Source of the DNA: Ruditapes philippinarum | Taxonomy: Eukaryota | Reading direction: 5' to 3' | Length of the DNA: 64,000 nucleotides | Assembly (NCBI RefSeq): GCF_026571515.1 | Contig: NW_026861694.1 | Coordinates: 186,001-250,000 of the forward strand | Part shown: in pieces, positions 41,766 through 57,807 of the stretch | Layout of the letters: each line of letters begins with the position of its first letter | Position numbering within the stretch: the first letter of the stretch is position 1 | Made by a program: the position numbers and the translations under genes | The notes under the pieces: model-generated | Database searches by the model: none | Seen by the model: only the letters and a program-made list of their open reading frames with translations | Told to the model about the DNA's origin: nothing

Positions 41766-44700
41766 GTACATGTGCATGTTAAGTAGGGTTTGCTTACTGA
41801 CAATCTAAATAATGAAAATTCACTTGTTTTTAGGAAATTTTAACAGAACTGTGTACAAAAATTAATTGCTGCTGCTTATTATTATCTTTTTCCATAAAAG
41901 TAATACTAAATGATATTCATAAATTCATATTAATGCATACATAGTTACTCGGGTATATAAGAATGTCGCCCCTTTACTTTTCATTTACCAATTTTATTAT
42001 ATTCAATACGTAATCCAATATGCACTGCAAATGTGTTTTCCAAAACAATTCATTTTGTTCAACATAACAATGGACTCTGATTCAAAGATTTGTTACATGT
42101 TTGTTTAATATCGGTTCAAATACAAACGTCAACATGGTCTATGAAATCGTTAGTCACATCAATATCCGGTAGAATGGAGAAAAAAATGAAATGCAGGGCT
42201 TCCTAATAAATTAGAAGATTTCATGTTACATAGCTATTTGATGTTTTTTTTTAAATTATAATGCGCAAGTGACATAATTATATTATTATCATATTACACA
42301 ACTATAATGCAGTTTGAGAAGAAATCAGTTGAACAATTTGTTTTCACATGACTTTCTACACATTTATATGATATCGATTAAAAGTTAAATTACTTTTTGT
42401 TTAATTTATGTCCATTAAAACGTGACATGTGCTGCAAGGTTATTTTATGTATACACTGTTCTGATATTTCGATACTTTTCAGACAATGTTCCTAAAGTTC
42501 TTTTAATCTCTATATAACTATTGATGCTGTTTAAACAGATTGATATGAAGATGTTTAATTCTTTATGCACTAAACACCTTGTTGTGATCGGAAAAAAATA
42601 TTTAATTTCAATTCGTTTGGACATTGCAAATCAATTCTACCATGTCTGTTTCGTCTTGATTATTTTCTATATTGTGTTATTTTATTTCTTTTCATTAGAC
42701 TTGTCCGTTTTTATATATACCTGTTTTCTTATAAATTCATTGCATTTATATTTGACGAGACACTAGACTGTAATCAACGACTTTGTGATCAACATAATTC
42801 GAAATTTAATGCACTATTTGATCATTAAAGTATATACCCGTCTCCTTGAAGCTTTAATCTTGATAAACAAAGGTAACGAGAAAGTAATGGTTAATATGAG
42901 TTTATCCCGTATTAGTTCTTATCAGGACTTTCAAATGAACTGTGACAGAAATTCATGACAAGTTTGTTGTTTCCATTCCCATAGAAAACAATATAGATTA
43001 TAACATAGTATAAATTTCAATCATGTTTGTTTAAACTTTTTATCCCCTTTTGTCTAATGCTTTTCTCGATGCGATCAGACAATATATATAGCCAAATGGA
43101 TAATTGTCATGAATATCCCAGTAAAAATGACACTATCTGACAAAAGAAATAAATGAATTCAACATCATGATAAATAACTGTTACTTTATACTCATTTATA
43201 CGAATTCATATGCAAAGCCATTTATTCATGTGTTCATGGAGTGTTTTTTGAGAAACATAGTAATGAACTTTCAGGTTGAAAGAAATACTATCTTACTATT
43301 GATAATTTCGGATCAAAATGTTATCAGAAACTACAATTGTTTTGATATGTTTGATGTCGCAGATGTGTATGTGCTGTTACAACTTAAAAAGTAAAAGTGT
43401 CATTCTAGACTATATAATAGACTATATAATATTCACAATATATCAAAACAAACAGTTGGATTAAAGTAAATGCTGTAATTAAATTCCTAAGATTGCAACA
43501 GTATTATATAATAACATGTTTAAATATCATCTTCACGCAATTTTTCACAAAATCAATTTCATAGAAAATGACAAAAGAAATTAGAAAGTCTGCAAAGTAA
43601 AAATACATAATAATAATGCACTGAAAGTGTGTCATGATTTCTGTAGAAACATCCTTTCTGTTATGTAGATTGACAATTATTTTTTGAGCGTTCGGCAATT
43701 TAATAACTTCTGTCTGACAATCCAGACCTCGTGGTGTCAGGGCGACGATTTTCAACGATGATTATTCTATATTATTTTGAAGTCTGTAAGTGGCCAAAGG
43801 GACTTGGGAAGTTGTAATTCGTTATTTCAAATGAATAGAAATGCTTTTGAAAAGTAGCTTATCAAGTTCTATTGTGAATAGTTATAGTCACGTTTTTGTA
43901 TCATTATACAAGCAAGATCGAGTCAGAACAATTGGAACAACATCAATCAAAGTTAAAATTCTTAAATCTACTCAAATGTTATCATTTTTACTACAATATA
44001 AAGATATAGTTGTTGATATTAAACAATTTAAAATCATATTATAACACAGAGAAACATTATTGAAAACTAAACATTTTAAATGACTGTAGTAAAAATACTT
44101 TTTAGTACATTATACATATTATTGCTTTTTCGGAACATATCAGTAAAGATATATAAAAAACAACTATGAATTGGGAGGAAACTTGTTTCCAAAGACCATG
44201 ATTATATTATTATAAAGGTAGGTTCCAGCAGATCAATATAAACATATTTAAAGAACGTTTTAATTATTACAGCATATGCGGTACCGTTAAAATAGCTAAA
44301 ATCGCTAGAACTCGTGCTCCTGAATTTAACTTCTGAAAAAACCTGTGTCCTCCTCCTTAGTCGAATAAAACCCAGCGGATTTGTAAGCGCATGAAGTTGA
44401 AATCATCATTCGTGAAGATGAATCCAAGTTTAAAATGTCTCTACCATTCCTTCGTAAAATTGACCGTTATTTTGTTGCTGTGGCTATTATTAACAAATTA
44501 TGTTTAGAAACAATATTTCCGACAGGAGTTAAAAATCACCTATTATATATAGTAAGAAAATAAAATGATTTTATTTTACAGACTGGATAGATTCAATGCA
44601 GGAGTATGTATGGATAAACATTTCATTTATAAGGTCATATCCACCAATTTTTCGAGTATATATTTGGGTATCATAATGTATAATGTAAAACGTATGGTAA

Positions 44701-46519
44701 ACATAAATTATGTCAACTTTTAGTAGTGAACAATGCTTATTGAATAAATGAATAATTGATGATGAAAAAGATGTGACTGATAAAAAAGAGAAATGATTAC
44801 TTAAATACTATTAAACAATTAATCAAAATACAGAGAAAGAAAGGTATATTCAACTTTTTTGTGATGACTTGATTAAGATAAGCAATATACTTATGGATAT
44901 ACGAAACAATCACAGTTTAGCTCTCTTATGTATTATCAAACTGTCAGATTATTTCAAAACTTTCGTATTTTTGAAGAAACAAAATTGATGTAATTAAACA
45001 GTTAAGTTTCGTGAAAATATTTAAATCTCATTTTTAAAGACAAAATAAAAAAAGGATCATAATGCGACATCAGCTGGCTCGCACATTAAAGGTAAACATT
45101 TTATATGTATAGTATTTTCTACAGAAGATATGGTGATCTGTATGAAACGGCATTTTTTTGTTCTTCCATGAATAAAGTGTCCTAGCTAAGGTACATTTAG
45201 ATAACTTTGAGAGTATCTAACATTCCAGGCTGGTTTGTACACTGTGCACTGCTTTTGTTCAGTGTACAATTCAATACACAAACAAACATTTCTTACATGT
45301 ACAGTTGTCTTAACATCGTTGCATTTTTGCAAAGGAAAGCAACGTAAGATACAGTGGAACTATATAGGATTATCTGTTTGATCTATCGTCGTGTATTTGA
45401 CATCAATAAGATTAACCCGAGTTTTAATATTTTAAGTTTTTTATAGTATTACATTAAAAAAAGTCGTGCATATCAAACAACTGTACCTTTATATATTTAT
45501 ACATATCCCATAAAACCTTTATTGTTCAGAATATATTTTCCGATATGAACATGTGATGCCAAGACATTATGGTTATGTTTACGAGATAATAAATTAGATA
45601 AATAGATTAATAAATTTAGTCCTTGCACGATAACCGTGATGCGGTATCAATTTACGTAATTGATTAAATGATTTCACAAATTTAATAAGCCATGGAAAGC
45701 AATATCACACGACGAATAAAAGCCATACAAACAGTATATCTGAATCACGTGTCAAAATCAACAATCAATTTCTTAGCTAGGTTTACTATATGCTTACTGA
45801 TTGTCAAGACGTTTTGTTGTCCAATGTCAATAGATTCTATTTCGTTTTTTTACGCTCGAAGATGTTTGGTGCGTATTATATTTTAGACGTAACGTGACAG
45901 GACGTAATAAGATATTTGAAATTTTTATTTAAAAAATTAAACAAAAGAGAAATGTAAAAAACATGCTCGAGGCTAGTGTGGTTTAGAGGTTGAAATGATT
46001 CTAAAACAAATAATTGATTGGTATTAGTAACGACATACAATGCACCACACATGTCCGGTAGGGTTTTTTTCTCTTTTTTTTCTTTATGCTACTTTTATAT
46101 TTTGCTTGTTATTTCGATAATGAATTAAGTAAAATGTAATATCTATTAGTACGTAACTGTATCATTCTACCTTTTCTTGTGGTTTTCAAATAATATTTTT
46201 GTATGTTTGATATATGATTCAAAAAGTTTTGGGTAATGTTGAAACAGAATTTCCATCAATCTTATCAGATTATGGATGTCAGATGAATGATATTAAGCTC
46301 GATTTTTAGTCTGGATTTTATAATGTGATTGATGCAGATTATTTATGATTCCACTTTAAGTTTGGCTTTTCAATTATTTTGTCTGAGTATCCAGACCTTA
46401 TGGTAATAATTCAACGATATTCTATAATACATAATTTATATTTATTTACAACTTGTCGTGGCATAATAATAATATATCTCCCAAAACTTATAGGTAGACT
46501 GAAAAAATAACGTTATTCT

Positions 46520-46697
46520 CTAACAGAGCTTTTCGCCAGGCTTCCAAAACAATACTCGTAAGAAAATCAAATAGCTGTTGTATTTATTGATTCAATTTCG
46601 TAAAAAAATCTAACAGAGCTTTCCGTCAGGCATCCAAAACAATACTCGTAAGAAAAACAAATAGTTGTTTGTATTAATTGTTTCCATTTCGTAAAAA
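46520..46697. repeat. 90-bp tandem duplication
   Basis: ctaacagagcttt...ccaaaacaatactcgtaagaaaa at 46520 and 46610. Confidence 0.9.
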
Positions 46698-49600
46698 TAC
46701 ATTAAAGCAATTTAAATGGACATTGATTATCTCATGATATGTAACTGTATCAATGGTCGAATGCAATGCAATATTTTACTGAATAAAGATTTAAATTTAT
46801 AATATTTATACTGATATAATATTTAATTGCAATTATTGTCCTGCATCTTTTACATATTTCTTTAACTTCAAAAAATTTGACGACAAATTTGAATTTACAG
46901 CAAACATTATATATTTTAAATAATGTCGACTTACAAACGTATTTAGGTATAGTTTTCCCTTATTAAATACTTAATATTACAAATTTCTTAACATTTAATG
47001 ACGGACTACAGGCATAAGGAAAAAAGTATTTAAATTACAACTGTAAAACTTTTACATTAAGAAATAACGCAATTTAAGATATAAAATCAAAAAGTTATTC
47101 TCAAATTATCTATCTTCTCAATGGTTTTAAGTATAATTTGTTTGTGTTGTAACAATATATACAATATAATAGTAATACCATATGACGAATAGATGCAATA
47201 CGTTAAAATTTTGTTAATGGCTTTGGCAATTGGCATAATTATAAGAAATTAAAATGATTTTCTTTCCAATGTCATACCATGGAAATGGATTTGTTTGATT
47301 TATAATTTTAAAGTCATTCGTGGCAATTGCATAGGTTTGGAAGTTTCATATAAGGATGCTTCAAGATCAAACATTTGAATTCATTAAAGATGGTTTACTA
47401 ACATGTTTGCCGCGAAGGTATGATTGTATTTCCTTAGCAATCGAATTGTATATTTATTGTATTTAATATGAAACAAACAATTTGTTTTTGTTTTTTTTTT
47501 CCTAATCTCATTTATTATAAACAAAAAACACGTTTTTGCAACATTAACCAACTCGCGAATTGATTTTCAATACGTACCAGTGGCAGGTAATGAAGTTGCT
47601 GACATAGTTCTATAAGTATTATAAGGATCTTACACCGGCTGCTGGTACAGATTGATATATCTAACTTGAGGGTTAAGAGGCTAAGTCGAGTTTCCTCTAA
47701 ATAGTTACCCGAGTAATAGATATTCCCGTCTGTTACGAAGCTGGTGTTTTATTTTATTTCTTGCATACATGCATATTAACTATCAATCATATTTCGGAAA
47801 AGAAATTATGAAAATTGATATTCTCATGTCGCACATTTTTTTAGTAGCGTAAGAATTTACAGCCTCATTCGTAACGGCAAAATGACGTAATTTTAAAACG
47901 CAGTTCATTTCATAAAATGCGCGCGGTAATGTCGTCATTTCAAGCACGAAACTTCTCTTACAAGGGGGTGGGTGTAAGACAGGTTTTTCTAGCACCGGTG
48001 TAAACGGTAGATAATCCTGTTTGATATGCAAAATATTAATGTCTAAAAAAGACACTTGTCCCACGTTGCTTAGTGTTTAAAATTGTTCGGTATAACAATT
48101 GTCTTAAATGTGTGCCATTTATTTCTGAGAGTATGATTTGTTATTTTAAACAGTTTATTCACCTTAATGACAACTTGCACCGTTCTACTTTGAAAATAAT
48201 AATGTTATTATCAATTTGTTTGTAATAGCCTTCGCACTAGAACACATAAAGAATAATTTATGGAATGCGATAACGATATCTAAGATTATTAATCATTTCC
48301 TATTGAACCTTAGATTATTTATTTAAAAGAATGCTTTTTATTTATTTGACTTGTGTTCGATGTGTTTACATGTCATAGCCGGAATGCAAGTCGTACTTTA
48401 TGATTATTGTTATATAATTAAAGTCAGTATTCGATGAAAAAAAATCTGAGTTGAGGTTAACAAGCGAATGATTGTTAATAATTAAAACTGAAATTATTTG
48501 AAAATAAATATTTATTTTTAAAATGATGTGATATGAGTGTATCGAAAGTTAAAATACAGACAAAGACATGTTCAATATTGAAATAAAATAAAAAAAAAAG
48601 GTTCAATCTATTATATTACTACAATGAAAGACGATATAATGTAGTAAGTATTAAGATCTTCGATTAAAAAAGCAAAAAATGAAAAGATAATGGACTCAAA
48701 ACATGGTTTCTTTTATGTAAGACCATTGGAAATATTGATATTTTTTTTCCAAAAATGTTCCCTTAATGCGTGATGTGTTTGTTACAAGTTAATCGTTCAT
48801 ATAATCTCAAAGAATCTACAGTATTGGTTAAATGTCTTATCCCCTTTTACTTAATAATTATAAATTATTAGTCTTATTTTTCTAAATGTTCAATATGTTT
48901 AGAAATCGTACGTGCTTGGGACGTTATACCAAAATAACTAAGTAATTTATGCCAGTTTAACAAAACTGAACTCACTTAAAAATAGGTAAACTTAAATAAG
49001 AAAGCGTATTACAATATGTGGTATTACATCGCTTGTTGTTAATTGAACTAAAAATGGCGACGTCAACATATCTGGCAAAATACGGCGTGAAGAACAAAAT
49101 GGCCATGTCAACGCGATGAAGTATATATAAGAACGTTCGAATGTTCCCTTGATCTTCTCTAACAACAGTCACTTATATTTCACCGGTAAATATCACTAAT
49201 AGTATCTGACATGTTGTCACTGTCGATTGAGTGTGTCATATTGTTCGCCATGATTCACTTTAACAACGGTAAGTGTCTTTAGCATCAATGACAGTGTTTT
49301 TAGATAAATACCTTGGTAGCGTGGCGAAAAATGTCTAACTTGCAAAATATTTTCAGCAGCGTTGTAGAAAGTTTTCTTGAAACACAAGCAAATATGTGAA
49401 TCCGAAAAGTGAGACATCAGAAATAGAAATATAATTTTGTTTATAACGTGTGCTGGCATGTATACTATGAACAAGTTGAAACAAACCAAGCTTGGAACAT
49501 TTTGTACGTTTGTTTGAAAGCAATGCCTTCAAGTTTATGATGAAAAATAATTATATTAGGTATGAAAGATATCTAGAATAAATAAACAAAAGATAAAAAA

Positions 49601-52600
49601 TATAACTGAAGAAAAACAAACAAACAAACCATACACCTGCAATAATCATTATCATGATAATACATTGGTGTTAACAACTGGTCTTAACAACTAACCTGAT
49701 CTGAAGGCTAAGTCCCTCGCCCTTGATTACAATGCATTTGCCCCTTTTGTACTTTCTGGAAACGTTTGCTTTAATTTACGGTTCATTAATACGAGAATGA
49801 ATTGATCTATGAACATATATGAAGTATTTTTTAATCAATGATTGATTTCCCTTTCTAATTTTTAAAACTATATACATTGAACTGCCTTTGAAACAACATT
49901 GTAATCTTGTGAATAGAAGAGTAGCTGGAAAGTGTTTCTGTAATATTTTGAACAGGAATCAGCAAAATTAAATATCAGCTTTCTTGTATTTTTTTTCGGA
50001 TGGCTGATAATCCTAATAGTGTACAATTGTCATCCCTTTAAATAATGAAAAATAAGTATTTGTTTTATAAATATACCTCTCATAGTTGTTATTTTTTAAT
50101 AACTACTCTATATCTATATCTAGATTAAATCCTTATTTATTATTTAAATTTATTATCAAATTTATTAAGACAAAAAATAAAATAGGTTCATGTAATTCAA
50201 TGCATAGTATAAAAAGAACAATATTTCCTGTATAAATCTAAGAAAAACAATCAGTATGCACGAATGTCAAAAACAGTAGAAATCGCATGTCAAGAAACAG
50301 TTGCCTAGCAATATGTTTTTCTGCAGAAAATGAATTTCATATGTCAAAAGCTATTGACCTTTAACTGATTATATGACTGATGTTTGTCTTGAAGACTTTC
50401 TCAGGGGATAGAAAGTCTCCTAAGTTATAATCTATGGCTCGTAAGAAATTAATATACAAGATTTTGAAGCTAGTTAAAAGAAAATTGTCTCATTGCTAAT
50501 AGAAATGATTAAAAGAAAATTGAAAAAAAATCAACCTACAAGTAAGTCATTGGCACCACTTATACAATGAATTTGTTTAAACAAAATGATGATAAAAACA
50601 ACCAGTAAGAATGCATTGATTACAAAACTAAAACATATGAGTAATTTAATAAAATAGATTACAATTAAGAAGGAAATATTGAAAGTTTACATGGTTTTTA
50701 CATGTTTTTCATATTTTATATACCTATATATTACTAATTTTAATCTAACAGAAGCAAAATACAAAATGACTTGAGAAAAAAGAAGAATTATTTATTATAA
50801 ACTTGAAAATGTTTCTGGCAGAAAATTACCCTATGGGTTTATTTTCTATTTTTTAAAATGATATCGACTGGGAATCTGTATTAAATAGATTATAAAATAA
50901 GATGTAGACAATTCTGGCAAATAGTTCGGTTCTGTTATTTCCAGTGTGAAGTCTATTCGTTCTTTTCAGATTTTTTTTTTCATTTTGAAATAACTAAGAT
51001 AAACTATTTTAAAAGAAATAATCCATGAGTTTCTTCTACTGTACCAATAAAAATGAACAAGTCAGGTATAAAATCATTAAATCAATGATTTTAAAGAAAC
51101 ACGTATAGGTAATTTTCATGACCAATTATACTTAAAAAATGGTCAATAAGTGGAACAGATAATATTTCTTTAAAATTAGTTTCTATACATAATAAAGGTA
51201 GTATGCTCAAACGCGTTGGTCTTACTTTAACAAAATAAAATCGCCGTATACTTTGCTTAAAATAAAACGCATCTGTAAAAATAAAACATGATTGTCTATT
51301 AAATAGCAATTAAATATGCCTTTGGTTATACAAACTTGAAAGAATAAAAAAAAATATACACTAAGTCTTGTATTTGAAGTTGTTATTATCAATTTTAAAG
51401 TAAATATAATTGTTTCACGAAGTGTTGTTATTTATGAATCTTGAGCTCACCTTAAACATTTTTAGAATAAAATTTTATTACATTTTTATTTAATTTACAT
51501 TACTTTTTTTCCTTCCATATAAAATAAGTCCAACCAACAAGGATTATAACAGATATGAACAACAGAAATAAATCACGACTGAAGAGAGAATTAAAATAAT
51601 TCTTTAGTTCTTTTGTCATGATTTTAGATTTGATACAAGGAATAACAGACATGTATCTAAAAAAATAAAAACACCTGAACATTAATGACAACATGACTTA
51701 AGAACAAGCAAGAGATAAAACTTGAAAATCTCCGTCTCAGGATAGGTCAGCATATAATGAAAGTCTGTTATGATGAACCAATAAAAATTGGTCCAATAAA
51801 TGTGTTGTTCGGCTTTGTTTTATTTAGCTTAATATAATGTCTTTAACCAGAAAAGGGATGCGAAATATTACTCAGTTATATGCTAATTTTGTTCATCTAT
51901 ACTTGTGATCTCTTGTCAGACTGAACAGCTCTCAGAAAAAATCACCCGTAATTCAATTGTGTAATATCATTCGTACGATCGAAATACGAGATCTATGACT
52001 TTAAGAGTTGGTATCTATCTTAATAAATAAATAGGTCAGCAAATCAGGCTAATTTATATTGTCAATCAATAAATATTGTAAGCACAGGTCGTTTATTCAA
52101 ATTTCATGCCAGAACAATTTTTCCAGAGAATCGTGTTTTTCTTTACGTTTGTGTAAACTGAAGATGAGCTGACGAAATGTTTTGATATAATTAAGAAACA
52201 GACTTGATAACATTAGTTTCGTATCATTATATACAAATGCTACCAAAAATAAAAGGGGTTGAACAAATTATTACGTTCAGTTGTGTGGAGTTAACAACAA
52301 ACAATCGCTAAATAACCAAATTTATAAAGAGCATCTTTGAAATTATGCATTAACTTTGACGATGCATCATGATCCAGATAAACAATTGAATTGTCGAATA
52401 AATCTAAAGGGTGTAGCAAATAACATGACACGAAACGCCAAATGACTCTAAATGCAAAACACTTTGTTATCTTTGATTTAGAATAAAATCTCTTTGATTG
52501 TGCAAGCAATTTATTCCTCTCAAAGGTTCCATTGTCTTTGACCAATGATCGAACTGTTGCAATTTAGGCGTGCTTTTCATTCATTTTATTCATTGCAGGG

Positions 52601-54819
52601 AATTAATATAATGGAAAAAGCGTTTCTCAGCATTGTTATTAGCCGTCATTTTCAGTAAAGCTATTCAATTCTATATGTATACAATTACATTAAATTACGA
52701 TGCATTTTTGAGATTCAATTGTATAAACTTAAGTTCAGTAATTCTTCTACTTGCAAGTTTTCATTCAGCTTATAATTTACTCATTATCATTATACAAACG
52801 AATCAGATACTCAATACATTAATTGAATGCTTAGAAAAGACTTCATGTCAAGACATAATGATCATTAAAAGATATGTTTCGTTTAAGAAAGAATAAGCCT
52901 ATGTCTTGATTCTACTTCGTATCATTTCATAATAGAAACGAAGAGATTCTTGTCGATAAGCCTGAAAGACAAGCACTTTACAGGTTTTATAAATACCAGG
53001 TAAACAAATAATCAAAAATTGAAAAGTTACAAGCCTACTTTAAAGTTTTCTAAGGAAGCGGGATGCAACTTACTAGTATTAATTATACTTTTATCTGATT
53101 AGGAATTCAAAACATTGTTTTGAAGAAATAAAATAAGTCTACAAAACAAAAAAGCATGACTTTAAAACGGCGTCACGATTTTTGATGTTAATTGTGATTT
53201 ACGACTGTTTAAGATCTATCAAGATTTCTCAAACCTTACAATTGTCGTAAATACTTCATTTAGTGATAAAACGAAACAGAAAATACAAAAATATCACTTA
53301 GAATATTGTTTTCTGATGTAAAAGCTCTCAGCTCTAATCCAATTACTGTCTTCCATGTCTGTTGAACCGGAAACTACAAATGGAAATATTTGTATAGAGC
53401 GATATACAGGGCATACAAATAGCCTATTATTTTCATAAGACACTAACACTTGACTTTGGGTTCACTGTGAGCGCTATATATCCTTGTGTTAATGTTCATT
53501 AAATCGAAGTCAGGTTTGATAAATGTTCTGTTGTGCTTTCTTAAATGTATGACTACTCCACGTTGACACATTTCGTAGAATAGATGCATAACTATCTATA
53601 CTGAACCTTGCAAAAGATAGTATTATGTAATTAAATTGCAGTTTCATTTCTGTCCCAATTGCCATATAACTTAACATTAAGTATATTAAGGTGATATATT
53701 ACACTAGACAATGAAACAACAAAACGTCCATTCTACCACCCATTATGATATTGAGTCTGACTGATATCAGTTTTGCATTTGGCATTTATTTCTGAGCAGC
53801 TTTTCGTTTGTTTCTATATGTAACGATTGGCGATTTCTGACACCATAATTCCATATTTTTGTATCTCTATTTTAAAAATTAGAATTGAGTGCTGTTTATT
53901 TCTGAGATTTATTTTCAATATGGAAATGCTTGAGGGACTATTTATGTTTGCTAAGATTTGTGGCGGAAGTAAGTTATGTGCACCACAAGCTCCTACATTG
54001 ACATGCATGAACGATAATTGATATCTTATCAAACATATTGAATATTATTAAAATATGTGTATTTTCTATAGCTGCATTTAGGTATAATAATTGATAATTG
54101 CATTTTTCTTATAGTCATTGCAACTAAAAAAAATTTTTTTATTTGGGAAATATGGACTTTTTATAAATAGGTTGAAATGGATAATAAATCTTTAAATTAT
54201 GACATTGGACAACAAAGGTAAAATAGAAATCACATGTCTATGTTTAGCAAACAGAAATTGCCTCATTTTTCTAACTTATCAGACTAGAATATAGACACAC
54301 ACAAATCTAAGAAAGACACATATTTCTTTAACAGCAAATGTCGTAATAGGCTAGTTATGTTGCCGGGTGATACTATAGCTTTTTTATGCAAAGAAGGCTG
54401 ATTCTATTCTATCACTGTTTCAAATGTCTGACCAAACGGAAGGTGAATCTAAATATGTTTGTAATGCAGCGAGATCACATATAATATGTTTCTTGTATCT
54501 TAGGCTAGACGTACTAGTACAGTTCATAGAGAATTTATAACACAAATGATTATGTATAATTATTTCATTCAAAATATCACACCAAAAGATTTATTCTTTC
54601 TTGAAAGATTACTTAGACTTTAAAAGTATAACCACTTTTATTCTAGTCGTATAACTTTTAAAAACCGGCAACGAAGCGTCACATGCCGTTCCATAACTTC
54701 TTAATATGAATGCAAACAGTCTTTAATATGAAGCAAATGTGTTTGTGTGAGCTGTTTAAAAGGATGCCTTTGATAAACATGTTGATTTTCTTTTGATTTT
54801 TTTTTGGAGGAGGGGGTCT

Positions 54820-54970
54820 TTTTGTTTCGTTTTAAGTCACGCCGCTTGAGTGTTAACTTTCCTTTCAAAGATATTAATAGGAAACACTTGCTTGGGACCT
54901 AATGTCCCTCTGTGCATTATTTCAGGCTCAAATGCGCAGCTCATGAGAACAATCTTAAGCTAGTTGGATT
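54820..54970 (-). mobile_element. Degenerate SINE, same family as 9785
   Basis: gtgcattatttcaggc is the reverse complement of gcctgaaataatgcac. Confidence 0.5.
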
Positions 54971-55432
54971 AATAGAATCTATCATTGGGTTAAATAGAGG
55001 ATAGGGAAATCCCAAGTCAAGGGTGATCGGCTCCACCGGGAACGAACCTTGGCGAGTTCCGAAAAAGAACAAAAAAAAGTATGGTAAAATATTTGGTCAA
55101 CATAAATAAAAAATATCTTAATTTTGGGCCTTTATTTCAGTAAACATGATATTTCTTAAAATAGTGTCATGACTAAAATATAACCTTATGTAGCAACGGT
55201 CTTACATGTTATATTCATGTATGTGAACAGATGGAAGAAATTTTGCAATCATTAGCAACTATAGTAAATTCATTGGCACGAAATCTGAAATGTTATTACG
55301 GTGGTTTATCAATTGAAAATAATCTGTCTTAGCAGGTTAAGTTCATATTGACAATGATTAAAACACCACTATTATATGAAGTGTCATCAAGAAAATACTC
55401 GTCAAACTTTATATTCAAGAAACTTTTGATTA

Positions 55433-55985
55433 AAATAGAGAAAAACAAAATCCCTAAAGAAAGTCCAACACAACAAAATTGAAAATGTTGCAGGCTCGGT
55501 TTGATTGAGCCTGTTCATGGACGGTACTGGAAAGTGCAAGTTACCGTCCACGCCCCTAGCACCGGCTTAAGCAGAATTCAACATTTAACACGAACATGGT
55601 GAAATTTTGAATTTAGAAACATCCGCAGATGTGTTCATACGGCGGTTATCATGGAACCTTCAATGTCACACAGTAGTGCCATTCCATGAAAAGCGGCGTA
55701 TGGTCCCCAAGTAAAAGAATGCTATTACCCTAAACGAGAAAACAATGGGCGGAACTAAATAAAATAGAATTTTGAAAGGTGATCTGAGGTTATGAAGCCT
55801 GCATATCACAGATAAGACGTCAAAAGACAAATTTAAAAAGAAGGCAACATATCCTAAGGGTGATTATACAGTATTCAAGTAGGAATACTGGAACCAACCA
55901 AGTTGAAAATTGCCAAATAGAAGAAACTTAAAGTACAACATAACACGTATACACAACAATAATGTCGTGCTTAACGATCTTCAGG
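55433..55985 (-). mobile_element. Family L, ~550-bp copy
   Basis: Collinear and highly similar to 58073-58615, with the same fixed terminus. Confidence 0.92.
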
Positions 55986-56439
55986 CATTGGTGTTGCACT
56001 CATTTTCTCAATCTTAATGACAAACTATGTTATAAATAGGAAACAGATCAGCAGTATTATAACACCTACCGATAACTTGTTTAGATAGACAATAAAGTTG
56101 AAGTCTGTACCGATCTCATATCAAAGCCAATGGCAGAGTTACATGCAAGGTTCCTACATTTTGTAGGTAAATGTCCATATTTTATGGCAAAATTTTTTTA
56201 TTTTCTTACATCTTACATTCAGTATCTTCATAGAATGAGAACGATAATTATTAGTGTCAAAGTTTAGTGATAGTGTTTCAATACAATTCAAACTGGACGA
56301 AAACAAAGAATGCTTGCACAAACCTACAAAAGACGACGCAGGTACATGTATTAAGATAAATTAGTATCCTTGTTAAAGTTCTTGTGAGTAGATAAAGCTT
56401 ACGCTCAAACAGTTGGCAAATTATACCTTTATATTATTA

Positions 56440-56540
56440 GTTAGTTTTAAGTCACACCCATATGACGGCTCTCCAACTTTAAGAACCACATAAAACAACC
56501 AACTGGATAGCTCTCCCACATGAAAGAATACCAAATCATT
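56440..56540 (-). mobile_element. Internally deleted SINE, same family as 9785
   Basis: Reverse complement reads attctttcatgtgggagagctatccag...taaagttgga...gtgtgacttaaaac. Confidence 0.45.
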
Positions 56541-56566
56541 ATATGTTTTAGCTTCGAGAGAGAATA

Positions 56567-57378
56567 ACTGGTTCCTGATCACCGACATTATTAATCCGGC
56601 CAAGTTGGTTCCTGATCACCGACATTATTCATCCGGCCAAGTTGGTCCCTGATCACCGACATTATTCATCCGGCCAAGTTGGTCCCTGATCACCGACATT
56701 ATTCATCCGGCCAAGTTGATCCCTGATCACATCACCGACATTATTCATCCCGCCAAGTTGGTTCCTGATCACCGACATTATTCATCCGGCCAAGTTGGTC
56801 CCTGATCACCGACATTTTTCATCCGGCCAAGTAGGTTCCTGATCACCGACATTATTCATCCGGCCAAATTGGTCCCTGATCTTCGACATTATTCATCGGG
56901 CCAAGTTGGTCACTGATCTTTGACATGATTCATCCGACCAAGTCCTGATCACCGATATTTTTCATCCGGCCAAGTAGGTTCCTGATCACCAACATTATTC
57001 ATCCGGCCAAATTGGTCCCTGATCTTCGACATTATTCATCGGGCCAAAAAATATGATAAACAAAATCAACAAGGAAAGGCGGCGTTCAATGAACGCAACC
57101 CCCACATGACCCAGCAACAAGAATGGTTACTGATCTTCGACATTATTCATCCGACCAAGTCCTGATCACCGACATTATTCATCCGGCCAAGTTGGTCCCT
57201 GATCTTCGACATTATTCATCCCGCAAAGTTGGTTCCTGATCTTCGACATTATTCATGCGTCCAAGTTGTTTCCTGATCTTCGACATGATTCATCCGGCCA
57301 AGTCCTAATCACCGACATTATTCATCCGGCAAAGTTGGTTCCTGATCACCGACATTATTTATCAGGCCAAGTTGGTCT
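56567..57378. repeat. 37-bp minisatellite, ~20 copies
   Basis: Unit gttggttcctgatcaccgacattattcatccggccaa, head-to-tail with no spacers. Confidence 0.95.
57048..57123 (-). mobile_element. 3' tip of the Naiad-like element inserted in the minisatellite
   Basis: Matches 61062-61126. Confidence 0.85.
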
Positions 57379-57807
57379 TTCTATTTTATATATTCGGTAA
57401 TTAATATACAGTATTGAAAAACATATCTTAACGATCAATGAGCAATCTGAATCTGTGTTGTGTTCATTCTTGCATAATTATCTATTTTCATATTTTAATT
57501 GGTTTTCCACAGTAAATTGATTTTCCATTAAAAGACGTCATTCATAATACAGTAGTTTATTCTAATATGTGCTTATAAGACATCATTTTAGAGCAATTGT
57601 ATTTTTATTATTGGCATCCCTATTACAGATGACGATTTCACCAGTCTTTTGCACACAAAATAATAATCTATGAGCAAATTATTTACATCTGAACGAGATT
57701 GTAACGATTGATTCATATATATATAATCTAGTCTCTTTTAAGTGTGCAGATCCGCATTTGGTTTATACAGAATTTATCATATTTCGATTGTGTAACAAGC
57801 TATAACC

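Noticed and set aside
56567-57378. CRISPR array (37-bp repeats)
   Set aside because: Units are contiguous with no unique spacers, there are no cas genes, and the context is eukaryotic.
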